A stretch of DNA of 64,000 bases. Origin: Piedraia hortae CBS 480.64. Taxonomy: Eukaryota. Of this stretch, positions 12,964 through 23,093 are shown piece after piece. Both the position numbers and the translations under genes were made by a program. The stretch lies in NCBI GenBank assembly GCA_010093745.1, contig MU005961.1, positions 62,001 through 126,000 on the forward strand, read 5' to 3'. The notes beneath the pieces are model-generated. The model was given only the letters and a program-made list of their open reading frames with translations. It had not been told where the DNA came from and did no database searches. Numbering within the stretch: the first letter of the stretch is position 1; each line of letters begins with the position of its first letter.

Positions 12964-13335
12964 CTAGTCAGAGTCAGAGTAATAATCAGGCTCAAAGTCT
13001 GGGGGATGAATGACTTGCTTCGCCAACATTCCATCAAGCGAAATGCCATTGATAACGCCGTTCTGACCAACATTGGATCCGACGTCGACGGGCAAATCAT
13101 TTATTGCGGAGCCAATCTTTTCTTGATGTCTCGGCATCCAAACATGGTAGATATTTTTGCAGAAGTGATGACTTCGCCATTTATAGTCGGGTATCTGAAA
13201 AGTTTCGAAGCAATGAACGTAATAGCTCTGGGTTGAACCTTCAATGACAGCATAATGGCCGAAGATACTTACCGAGAATGCGTCATGTACGATAGACCAA
13301 GCAAGAATCTCTCTGTCAAGCTCTTTCTCTCGATT
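12964..13335 (-). pseudogene. Second, 5'-truncated DUF7924-like copy (C-terminal part only)
   Basis: REKELDREILAWSIVHDAFSVSIFGHYAVI...W.SHHFCKNIYHVWMPRHQEKIGSAINDLP aligns with the C-terminus of the copy at 10826-11983. The upstream portion is absent. Confidence 0.7.
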
Positions 13336-13600
13336 GACCCAATCCGCAGTAGGTTTATGTCCCGCCTGTGGAAGAGTTTGGGGGGTTGGGGAGGGGTAGA
13401 GAACATGAGAGGGTTTGTGGGATGTGTATATACCTATTCTGTTAGATATGGGAGGTAGCGATGGGGTGTTGGGGTGCATTTGTTGTTATACTGTTACCCA
13501 TAATAGATGGTGCACAATACTATCACACTAGGGTCAACGCCCGTGACGTGAAACAGTCCAATCAATCATCCCACTGAGACCAAATCTCATAAACCATAAA

Positions 13601-14981
13601 CTACAACTCCCCTCTCCCCCCCTCCAGCCTCACCCTCAACTCTTCCGGCTCCACCTCCCCCTCCTCCACGGGGGGCTCAAACCCCGGCCTCTTCGGCGGG
13701 ACGAGTACACTCTCCGTCACCTGAACAACCCCATCCTCCGCCACCAAATCCTGGACATACACCCTCGCGAAGCCATTAATCTTCATCTCCACAAACCTCG
13801 CCCAGCGCGCAATATCAACTCTAACCGTCCGTCCCTCCAGCAGGGTCGGGAGATCGATATGCGCATGTCCATGCCCCTCCGCAAAATAATACGCATCGCT
13901 ATACAATGTATGTCCTTCAACGATATGGTATTGGAGTAAGGATTTAAGATAGGGAAGTCCCGCAGGGGAGAAGAGGAATGCATTTGCGGCAGGACCTAGT
14001 TTTGCGAAGGCGTGGTTGGAGGGTGCGAAAAGGGTTCCCCCTTAAGAACCACTTGAGGTAAGGGTTTCGATGAGACCGGTTTTGTGCAGGGCGAGTTCGC
14101 GGGTGCTGAAGCGGGAGGGGAGGAGGGAGAGGAGGGAGGCTTTTTCTAGGGGGAGCATAAGGGGACGGTCGATGGCGTGGATTACGCCGTTGACGGCCAT
14201 TATGTTGGGGTGGGTTATGCGGGTTTTGAAGTTGACGGATAGGCCGCGGAGGGTGAGTTGGAAAGAGACCCGCTGGGGTTCCTTTTTGGAGCTGAGGCGG
14301 GTGCTTTGGAGCAAAATGGGTGCGGTGTGGGTGAAGAAGATTCGTTTGGCGGTGTAGAGGCCATCGAGGGCGTGGTAGAGGAGGAGGTCTTTGAGTTGTT
14401 CTTTGCTGGGCTCGTGGTCACCGTCGCAGGGGATGTGTTTGAGGGCTTGGTCAGTGGGGGCGAAGACAGTGTATTTTGCTTTCGTGCTATTCAGCATTTC
14501 GACAATGTCGTCGTGTTCATTGATTAGCTTCGCGAGTTTGGTCGTGTATTTGCTCTTGTCAATCAGTTGGTACACTGTGAGGTTGGATGTGCCATGGTGG
14601 CCTGGACAATGATGGGGAGGTCCGTGGTGGGGAGGCCCGTGGTGAGGCGGGCCGTCGTGTGGAGGACCATCGTGAGGCGAATGGTGAGTATCCTCCTCAG
14701 GATACAGCAACGAGTCTACAGCGGAGAGTTTGTAGAACTTTTCCTGCGCCATATGGACCGCATCCTCACCATCATCCCAGATATCATCCAGGACGTGAGC
14801 GGCCCAATTTTCAGCCTTTGTTCACCGCATCGCGAACAGTCTCCCATGGTCGTTTGACGTGCTCTGAGAGACCCCCACGGTTGCGGTTGTCCTCAATGGC
14901 GATGTTTTCAAGTACTTCCTCCGGAGGAAGTACCAAGGCCGAAGCCAAAGCTACAGACGAAACTACAGCAAGCAACTTCAT
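13601..14981 (-). pseudogene. Secreted fasciclin (FAS1) two-domain protein, disrupted
   Basis: Signal peptide MKLLAVVSSVALASA, FAS1 motifs YTVFAPTDQAL, NGVIHAID, GTLFAPSNHAF and DGVVQVTESVLVP. A +1 frameshift lies near 14817 (aac aaa ggc tga vs aac aag gct gaa) and an in-frame TAA at 14042-14044. Confidence 0.85.
14594..14685 (-). repeat. 15-bp tandem repeat encoding (H-D/H-G-P-P)n inside the fasciclin gene
   Basis: Translation reads HDGPP HDGPP HHGPP HHGPP HHCPGHHG. Confidence 0.8.
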
Positions 14982-16871
14982 GATTGTAAAGGAAACGAAG
15001 GAGTATTGTGGATGCCACTCATTGCTGACGATGCAGACGTCATCCAACGGTCCAAGTTAAGGTAGTGGGCCCGCAGGGCACCATGAATTACAGATTCATA
15101 CTGCCTGACGCTTATATCTTTTGAACCTACCTACTATACCTAGGGTTTATTAACTAGAAGAATTCGTTCAGGCCGATGTGTAGTGGATTACTATGAACTC
15201 ATGTGAGTTAATATCATTGTGGGTAGTTAGAACTACTCCGGCTTCTAGCTACTCATTGCCCCTAGGGTGCGTGTATTTCAATGTGAACATTACGCCCGAT
15301 CGCTTGCTCCAGTCGCTCAATAGTGGAATCATGAAGAATTGCCCATTGAGTTGACCGTCCTCTACCATCGGACCTATGATAAATATGCTCGTCCGTTAGC
15401 TGGCTAGGATTAGGGGGTAGTATGTGCGTTAGGCCATTGACTATGTTTCCTAGGACAAGCTCAAGCCCTGGGCGGTAGAGACATTGCAGGTGCCGAGGGG
15501 GCCGCCTTTGGCTTCACGAAGCCCACACATATTCTTGAAAGGGCTGGCTCTACCAAAGCTCTTCCGTGGTCAAAAGCCTGCAAGAAATGCGGACGGCACC
15601 TGCGCTGCGATTAGCTATGTGTTCGCCTAGGGCGCCCTTATTGCGGCGTGTTTGAAACATGGTGACTGTGTCCTCCTCGGTCGTCCAGTACTGGGCCTTG
15701 TGGCTGTAATTAAGCTCACCGCCAGGCAAAGTAGTCAACGGATCGAGATCAATGTTCCCGTCGGAATGGAACAGAACAGAGGGCCGCTAAAGGAAGGGTC
15801 CATGGCGGCCTTGCCCTTGTAAAAGATAACATGGCCGGGGAGAGATGCGGGCGGCGTGGCAGCGGTAGGCTGATTAGTCCTCTGTGAGGAGATGTTATCT
15901 ACTTTTGGCGGCTCCCCCTTCCTACCGCCCTTACCTTCTTCGACACTTGTTTCGCTCGCCACTGTTCTCATTAGCTACGCATGAGTTTTGAGCTTGCGGT
16001 TCAGAGGCTGCATGACCGAATGGTTGTCTCGAATGGTTCCACGGGCCCAGTACATCAGGGATTGGGTAGAGCGCACTACCTGGAATCCCGGGTCGAGAAT
16101 GGCGTCACGAACCTTTTACATGGTTCCGTCCTGCGTTGACGTCAGGTGAGCCTGGAGCCCCAGCATCTTCGTTCGAGCAAGCGCAAAGTTCAGGGTGTCT
16201 ACATTCATTAGCTCCTCGGTTTCCTTGGCGACGCGCATGGCATCGCAGATTTCTTGAGCCGCCTGAGCGGTATATCCCATGGACTTCAACGACCCGCATA
16301 AATCCTCATGGGTGGGGGTATCTACCGACGAGCTCTACTGTGGTGATGCCGAAGTTATGAGACATGCGTTAATGGCATCCAGCGAAGTACGGCTCGGAGT
16401 ACCGGGTGGCAACACAGGGGCAATCGGAGAGCCAGGAACCTGAAATTGTGAGAATTTTTCCATCGGCGGACGGGATGACGAGTTGTGCTTCTTCCAGCAC
16501 GCGTACCTCATCCTGGGCTAACGTGGGTTTTGACGACATTATTGTCGAAGAGAAGAGATATAGCAAATTGGAGTGTCTAGCCAGCAATCAGCGTTATCTT
16601 CACGTACATAGCCGCTAGTACAGAAACACCCGAGAAGGTGTCATGGCATATAACGACCAATACGTGATAAGGATGCAAAGGACTGCAACATGGCAGCTCA
16701 ATGATCAATGGGTGACAACTCCGAATAACAGATGGTGTGTGCCTAGCTGAAAAGCGTGGGGTATAAACCTACGTTACGGCGATTACTAAGCACGTGCCTG
16801 CAGGCAACAAGGCCCGTGCGTGGCGATTTGTTAGGAGTCTGGGTGCAAACCGTTCCCTCTCAGTCAAAAAA

Positions 16872-17810
16872 ATGGCAGATTTGGACACTTATGGCGACGA
16901 GACGCGCAACTACGAAGAGCGCGACTACGGCTCGCACTCTCGTAATCGCTCTCGCTCGCCTGATGGCGACCATTCGAGGCAGCGCGATGAGCCGCCTAGT
17001 CACCGCGACGACCGGTGAGTTGCTCCATAACACCACTTTAACAGAGGCTAACGGCCAGTAGCGGACCGCCCGAGCGCCCGCGGGAATCGGAAGACGCGCT
17101 CAATACGGGCTCTAACCTCTTCGTGACGGGCATCCATCCGCGCCTTGGCGAAGCTGAGATAACGCGTCTCTTCGAGAAATATGGCGCCGTGGAGAAGTGC
17201 AACATCATGCGCGATCCGCACACCCGCGATTCTCGTGGTTTCGGCTTCGTCAAGATGGAGACAGCGCAGGAAGCTGATGCTGCAAAGGACGCCCTTCAGG
17301 GCCAAGTGTATGAAGGCCGAACTTTGAGCATCGAAAAGGCGCGTCGTTCGAGGCCCCGTACGCCCACGCCGGGTAAATACTACGGACCGCCCAAGAGAGG
17401 TGCGAATTGGCAGCATTTTGGGGCGCCGCAACGCTGACCTTTTTATAGATGACCCGCCTCGTCGCGGCTATCGTGGGGGCGATCGCTACCAGGACGTAAG
17501 TGGACAGCATAGCTTTGATAGCGCTGGGCTGACGGCTTAGGACCGCGGCTACGGCCGCCGTGACGATTCCCGTCGCGGGGGAGGATACCGTGACCGTTAT
17601 GACGATCGTGGTAGCTACGGCAGGCGGGACGATTACCAGCCGCGTGATCGCTACCGCGACGACCGTTATGGGAGCGATCGTGACCGCGGCTACGGCAACG
17701 GGGGCTACGACAGGTCGCGTGGACCATCGGACTCTGGTGGCTACGGCCGAGATGCACCGGCGGACATTGCGCCGTCCCGCGGCTACGACGAGCGTCGCCG
17801 CTATGAGTGA
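16872..17810 (+). CDS. RRM-domain SR/Tra2-like RNA-binding protein (4 exons)
   Basis: N-terminal RSRSP, RNP2 NLFVTGI, RNP1 SRGFGFV, RPRTPTPGKY and an R/D/G/Y-rich tail. GT-AG introns 17015-17058, 17400-17448 and 17496-17540 carry CTAAC/CTGAC branch points. Confidence 0.9.
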
Positions 17811-18147
17811 TTAAAAGCCAAATGTTCTACTACAACTTTTCTTTCGGGGCCGACTTTACTATCGGCGGACTTGGTGCAACAGGCCGTATAGAACAGCGTG
17901 ACTGGATCGACTCCATGGCTTGATATTCAACAGCCAATGACCTTTCGCCGCACCGTCCACCACTGATACCATCTACCCTGACACCGTCCGCCACTGACAC
18001 CGTAACCGCCATTCCATTCACCAGCACACAACATTTGAACAGAGGTATGTATTCCCATCTAACCACAGAAACAGGATAAATTCTCCGAAAAAAACAAAAT
18101 GCTTTGATAGGATAAATCTCGTAGACTATTCCCGTTTAGAAATCCCC

Positions 18148-19275
18148 ATGAAACCTCTGACCCGTCGCTTCGGCGCATTACTCTTGACGACGAGCCTCGC
18201 AACTGTAATCCTCCTCCTCCGCAATGGCCATTTGTACGAACGCATCCCGCAATCCATCGGCCTAGGCGAATCCGTCACACAATCACCCTCCTCCGTCTCC
18301 ACAACACCTATCAACCATGACAACCATGACAGCCCAACCAACTCCACCATCGCCCTAATCATCCCCCGCCTCTCCCACGAATCCACCTCCTGGGTGTCCG
18401 AACTGCCCTCTACCATTAAACCCTACATCTACACCGTTGACTCACCCACCTCCGCCCTCCACCCCCCCAAAAACAAAGGCCACGAAGTATCCACCTACCT
18501 AACCTACATAATCGACCACTACAATACCCTCCATCCCCTAACCATATTCATGCACTCCCACCGCGAAACCTGGCACAACAACATCCTCCTCCCCTCTGCC
18601 CCCGAACTCCTCTCCCACCTAAAACCCTCCCACATCCAACAGCAAGGCTACGTAAACTTAAGATGTGACTGGGACCCAGGCTGTCCGGAATGGATCCGTC
18701 CGGGGGCATCACTCCGCGATTCGCGAAAAACGGAGGAAATCATTCTCGCGGAAAGCTGGGCGGAGATTTTCCCGAAGGACCCTATTCCGAAGCTGCTGGC
18801 GCAGCCTTGTTGTTCGCAATTTGCAGTTTCGAGGGAGGCTGTGCTGAGGACGGGGAGGGAGAGGTGGGTTGAATTGAGGGAGTGGGTTTATAGGACGGAG
18901 ATGGAGGATGCATTGTCGGGGAGGGTGTTTGAGTACCTCTGGCAGTTTATTTTCCTGGGGAGGGAGACGTTGTGTCCGCCTGCGGCGGAGTGTTATTGTG
19001 ATGCGTTTGGGTTTTGTTTTGAGGAAGGGGGGTTGGAACGTTGGTTGGAACTCAGGGAGCAGTATGGTCACTTCGTGACGGAGTTGAAGAGGTGGAGAGA
19101 TAGGGCGGAGAGGATCGAGGAGTACTTGGGGAGGAGTGGGAGGTTGAATGGCGATGAGGAGATTGAGATTCCGGAGCCCGGGAGGGATCTGTTCCTGCAG
19201 AAGAGGGTTGATGAGCTTGGGAGGGAGTTGGAGAGGTTGAGGAAAGAGGCGTTGGAGAGGGGAAGGTTGGATTGA
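18148..19275 (+). CDS. DUF3431 family membrane-anchored protein
   Basis: N-terminal hydrophobic anchor with motifs PKNKGHEV..YLTYIIDHY, FMHSHR..WHN, GYVNLRC.W.PGCP, CCSQFAVSR and SGRVFEYLWQ. Confidence 0.9.
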   Translation: MKPLTRRFGALLLTTSLATVILLLRNGHLYERIPQSIGLGESVTQSPSSVSTTPINHDNHDSPTNSTIALIIPRLSHESTSWVSELPSTIKPYIYTVDSPTSALHPPKNKGHEVSTYLTYIIDHYNTLHPLTIFMHSHRETWHNNILLPSAPELLSHLKPSHIQQQGYVNLRCDWDPGCPEWIRPGASLRDSRKTEEIILAESWAEIFPKDPIPKLLAQPCCSQFAVSREAVLRTGRERWVELREWVYRTEMEDALSGRVFEYLWQFIFLGRETLCPPAAECYCDAFGFCFEEGGLERWLELREQYGHFVTELKRWRDRAERIEEYLGRSGRLNGDEEIEIPEPGRDLFLQKRVDELGRELERLRKEALERGRLD

Positions 19276-19280
19276 GTAAC

Positions 19281-20677
19281 TTAGCATTTTGCTATGAGGT
19301 TTTTGTTTCGTATGAAGCGGACAATGCAGAAGAGGGTTCCTGATGCGAGACAGAATACCCCCCCGAATATCCATGTTGAGCGCCAGCCGGATTGTTGCAG
19401 GACGCTGCCGCCGCCGGGACCTCCGATGAGAACGCCAAGGCCGAAGATGGCGAAGCCCATCCCCATCCGCGAGCCGACTTTGGTTTTGTCCGCTGTAGTG
19501 GCGACCATGATGATGGGTGGGAGGGCGATGAACACGCCCGAGAAGAAACCGAATAGGAGAACGGTTACGACCAGGCCGCCGGCATTGTGGACGGCTATGT
19601 TGCAGAAGAGTAAGACGGCGACCATCAACGTGCCTGAATATGTGTTATGTGGTTAATTTTATGCAGCATGGTTGAGACTGACCTGGTATCATGACGTTCA
19701 GAGGGCCGATTTTATCGCTCAGCCAGCTGGGCAGGGTGCGTCCGAAGACGGAGCCGGCATTCAGTATGGGGACGAGATAGAAAGCCAGCGAGTCGCTCGT
19801 CAAGCGAGCATCCTGGCCGTAAAAGGATGAATAGAAGAATCCCACATAGAGCCCCACAAAGCCTATGAGTGTTGAAATGACCTATTTCGGAGTTAGTGCA
19901 TACGAATGCTAACAGAGAGGAATGACTCACAGTCAGAATGTATGGAGTATCGGTAAAGGCAGTGGTATCGACCAGTGCTCTGGCCTTGGCAGGCTGTACC
20001 CTCATCCTCATAAACGCCAAGGGAATCATGAGCGTTGCCAACGAGGTAAAACCCAGCGCTCTAACGCTCCAGCCAAAGCCCGCCTGCGGCAGCAGTTTGT
20101 AGAACATGATTGGATATATTATCCCACCGACCGAGCTACCAGACGCAGCCAGACCCATGGCGAGGCCGAGCTTTTTGGAAAAGTACGTTGGCATGATGGC
20201 TATGGCGGGGACGAACAGCGCTCCGCCGCCGAGTCCGATACAGAAGCCCTGCGCCAACAACGCCTGCCAGAACGTATGTACCAGGCTTGTCATCATGAAG
20301 CCAAAAACGACGAGAAAGGAGCCGACGATCAAAAGTAAGCGGAAATGGCCGCCGTCGTATATAGGGCCTGCGACGGCGCCGAAGAACAAGACCATGACGG
20401 CCTGGATGGATCCGATCCATGCGATTGTCGACGATGACGCGTGGAACAGCTTTTTGGACTCGTAGTATGTCTGGAACACGCCGAATGTATTGAGGATTCC
20501 CCATGTGTTAAAAAAGAGACACCAGCTACTTGCAACTTGCAGCCAGGCCACGGTGCCGCCGTCAGGAGGAGGACCGGGCGTTGGTGGTTCCACGGACAAT
20601 TGCTCTGCTGGTCGTCCCACCCGCGACGGTAGGGACACCTCGCTCGAGGACCGTTTGTCCTCTTCGATGATGCTCAT
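19281..20677 (-). CDS. MFS monocarboxylate-permease-like (MCH family) transporter
   Basis: PPPDGGTVAWLQV, TWGILNTFGVFQTYY, LAMGLAASGSSVGG and multiple TM segments. Introns 19882-19930 and 19634-19682. Confidence 0.92.
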
Positions 20678-21815
20678 TGTGAGTGGGATGTAACAAAAGT
20701 GAAGTTGGACAGGTTCAATGGTAATATCGCTCAGCACGTGGGTCGTTGTGACACGCTTAGTGGGACATTTCCTTATTTCTAGGCTCAGACTTGCAGAGCT
20801 GATTAATTTGGTCTCAATCAGCAATCCATGCGTTCAGTGAACGCTTGGTCACCGTAAGAGAGACAGGCAGGGGCTCTCGAGCTACTGTCGATAAGCTCGC
20901 GGAAAGGAACGTGGTGCTGCTTATCTACAGCCTACTACTGGTCAGGATTGGCGAACGATATGCAGCGTGGCTCGGTCCGAGTTTAGCGGGTTGATGCCTT
21001 GGTGTTTTGTTCGGGCCAAATTTCCGAATAAACCGAGCGGACCCGAATGCCGAGAATAAAGGTTGTTTGTTCGGGACCCGAGTCGTTTCGTGTTCGATGG
21101 AATTTGTTCGTTAAGCGATCGTACAATGTTGTGTCTACCACAGCGTGCTCAAGAAATTAACTGGTGTGTTGCACAAAATTAAATCGTGGTCAAGCCAGCA
21201 CTTGGTTAACATGAGCTACTGGGGAGTGGTTTGCAGAAGCGTCAAAGCTGCTAGATAAGCCCCATAGCTGCCAGATTACGGCAGGGGATGAATGAGTGGA
21301 TTCAAGCTGTCTGCAAGGAGAAGAGTCAGGCATTTGATAACAGGGTTTTCCATATCATACTTTGGTTGAGATGCTGGGAGGTTGGAACTCTTTCCAAGCA
21401 AGTAGCTGTTTGAATCGACTAAGAACTGCGAAGTAGTGAGCAATTGGATAACAGACATCTTGCCCTCGAAACAATAGGACATCAGTCGAAACACTGGTAT
21501 CAGAGGGGCTGGCAATCTTGGTGGCCGAGTTAAGATGCTTTATTTTTGGAACTGTGAACCTAATCTTGTTCGTGTTAGTTCGGGCCCCACCAGAGGTCGT
21601 TTGTCCGGTGTTCGGTACCCGAGATCGAACGACCCTCCGTTCGTTTCGTTTGTGTTCGGCTTCTCGCTTCTCATGTGTACTATCATGGTTTCCGTTCTGT
21701 CTTGCGCTCCTAGCCCTGGCCTCTTGCCCGCTTCCTAGCTCTCTTTCCGTTCTTAGCCTTCAATGACATGATATCAACGTAACAATGTGATCGATTAACG
21801 TCCGTCAACTTTACA

Positions 21816-22424
21816 ATGCCACAGACCAAACCGTCTCCCACAGCCAATGTCCGACCCCACCGTTTACCTGCACCAACGCTCTTCGTTGGCCCACCGTCGC
21901 GAACCCCATCTCACATCTCCCTCTCCCAATATGCCACCGACCCGCGCAGCTCGCTCGAAGAGGGCAAACAGGGAGACGATTCGAGCCCCGCAACCCAAAA
22001 AGACGTGAAGGCGCAATGGCGGAACATGCGCAGCACTCTCAACGAGGTCGAGCTGACAGTCCAAAGCTCCACCCACGTCTTTGGCCAACAGCACACGGCC
22101 GCCCTCGACAAGCTCCGCGAGGCCCAGATTGAGATCGCACGGGCTTGGGGCAAAGACGGCAAGGAAAAAGAAAAAGAACAAACGGAGAGGAAGGGATCCG
22201 TAGCGTCGACAGTCCTCAGCAATCCCTCACTCGCAGATGAATTGGAGTCGTCGGAACGAGACGTGCGAAGGGCGACCCAGCGGAGAAAAGAGAACAGGGA
22301 ATTCTTCCGCAACGTGCAGGAAAGCGTCAGGGACGTTGTAGAGAAACTAGACCAGGTGGCCGTGGCCATGAAAGGCGTAGAAGACGAGAGTAGATGGTTA
22401 TGGAGCGGTCAGGAAAAGAGCTGA
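21816..22424 (+). CDS. Conserved fungal coiled-coil hypothetical protein
   Basis: 202-aa ATG-initiated ORF with LPAPTLFVGPPSR and STHVFG..H..AL..LR.AQI..A.AW blocks and a C-terminal amphipathic helix. Confidence 0.8.
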   Translation: MPQTKPSPTANVRPHRLPAPTLFVGPPSRTPSHISLSQYATDPRSSLEEGKQGDDSSPATQKDVKAQWRNMRSTLNEVELTVQSSTHVFGQQHTAALDKLREAQIEIARAWGKDGKEKEKEQTERKGSVASTVLSNPSLADELESSERDVRRATQRRKENREFFRNVQESVRDVVEKLDQVAVAMKGVEDESRWLWSGQEKS

Positions 22425-22429
22425 GGATT

Positions 22430-22948
22430 TTATAACTGTGCTAATTGTACTATATTCCCGCCCAACTTGTCCACCACGCCGGTTTTTAATCCCATGGTGC
22501 GTTCAATTTCCGCCGCGCTCTTCCTGTGAACGTCTCTGAGAACGAGCATCTGACGCAGCTCTTCTGCAACTAAATATTTTCTGCCTTGTCCATGGCCTTG
22601 CTCCGTCTGCTGCTGCTCTTCCTCTGCCTCTTGCTGTATCCTCGCCCGCGCTTTCAGCATAACCACTGCAGGATTGGACATGGGGTCAAACGCCTTCCCA
22701 TGTGGGCCTGCTTGGGATGAAGGGGAGAGTGTAGGATTAGGCTGCACTGGCCCTATGGAGCGTAGAAATCGCGCAAAGTCTGGGTCGCGGCCATCTCGGT
22801 CGATCTCCTCACCTCTTCCTTCCTCCGCCGGCCGCGGTGGTTGTGCAGGTGGTGGTGGCTGAGGTTTCGTTTGACTAGCAGCCAAGCTTGGCGTTGTCGG
22901 ATACTTTCTTGTAGCCGCTCGGGCGCCTTTTGAAGCCGAACTGCCCAT
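22430..22948 (-). CDS. Conserved fungal hypothetical protein with C-terminal helix-turn-helix-like segment
   Basis: MGSSASK N-terminus (possible myristoylation), DGRDPDFARFLRSIGPV, and C-terminal ELRQMLVLRD...SAAEIERTMGLKTGVVDKLG. Confidence 0.75.
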   Translation of the reverse strand: MGSSASKGARAATRKYPTTPSLAASQTKPQPPPPAQPPRPAEEGRGEEIDRDGRDPDFARFLRSIGPVQPNPTLSPSSQAGPHGKAFDPMSNPAVVMLKARARIQQEAEEEQQQTEQGHGQGRKYLVAEELRQMLVLRDVHRKSAAEIERTMGLKTGVVDKLGGNIVQLAQL

Positions 22949-23021
22949 TTTGAGACTCTAGACTGATCTGGTGGTCTTGGGCGACGTTGATCGACGGCCC
23001 GGCCCGACCCAGCCCCAGATC

Positions 23022-23054
23022 CGACGCGTCGCGACGCGCCCACAGCGCGACGTC
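23022..23054. promoter_or_regulatory. MCB-like (ACGCGT/CGCG) cluster in the divergent promoter upstream of SMC1
   Basis: cgACGCGTcgcgacgcg...cgcg lies ~40-70 bp before the SMC1 ATG. Cohesin genes are established MBF targets in yeasts. Confidence 0.55.
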
Positions 23055-23093
23055 TGCTTCACCGGCGCAAGTTGTCGCAAGTGTCCCAAGACC

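Noticed and set aside
8848..14044. A-to-I editing or readthrough rescue of premature TAG/TAA stops
   Set aside because: Editing would give Trp at positions where a polar residue is expected, and two of the three genes also carry frameshifts. Mutation is the simpler explanation.
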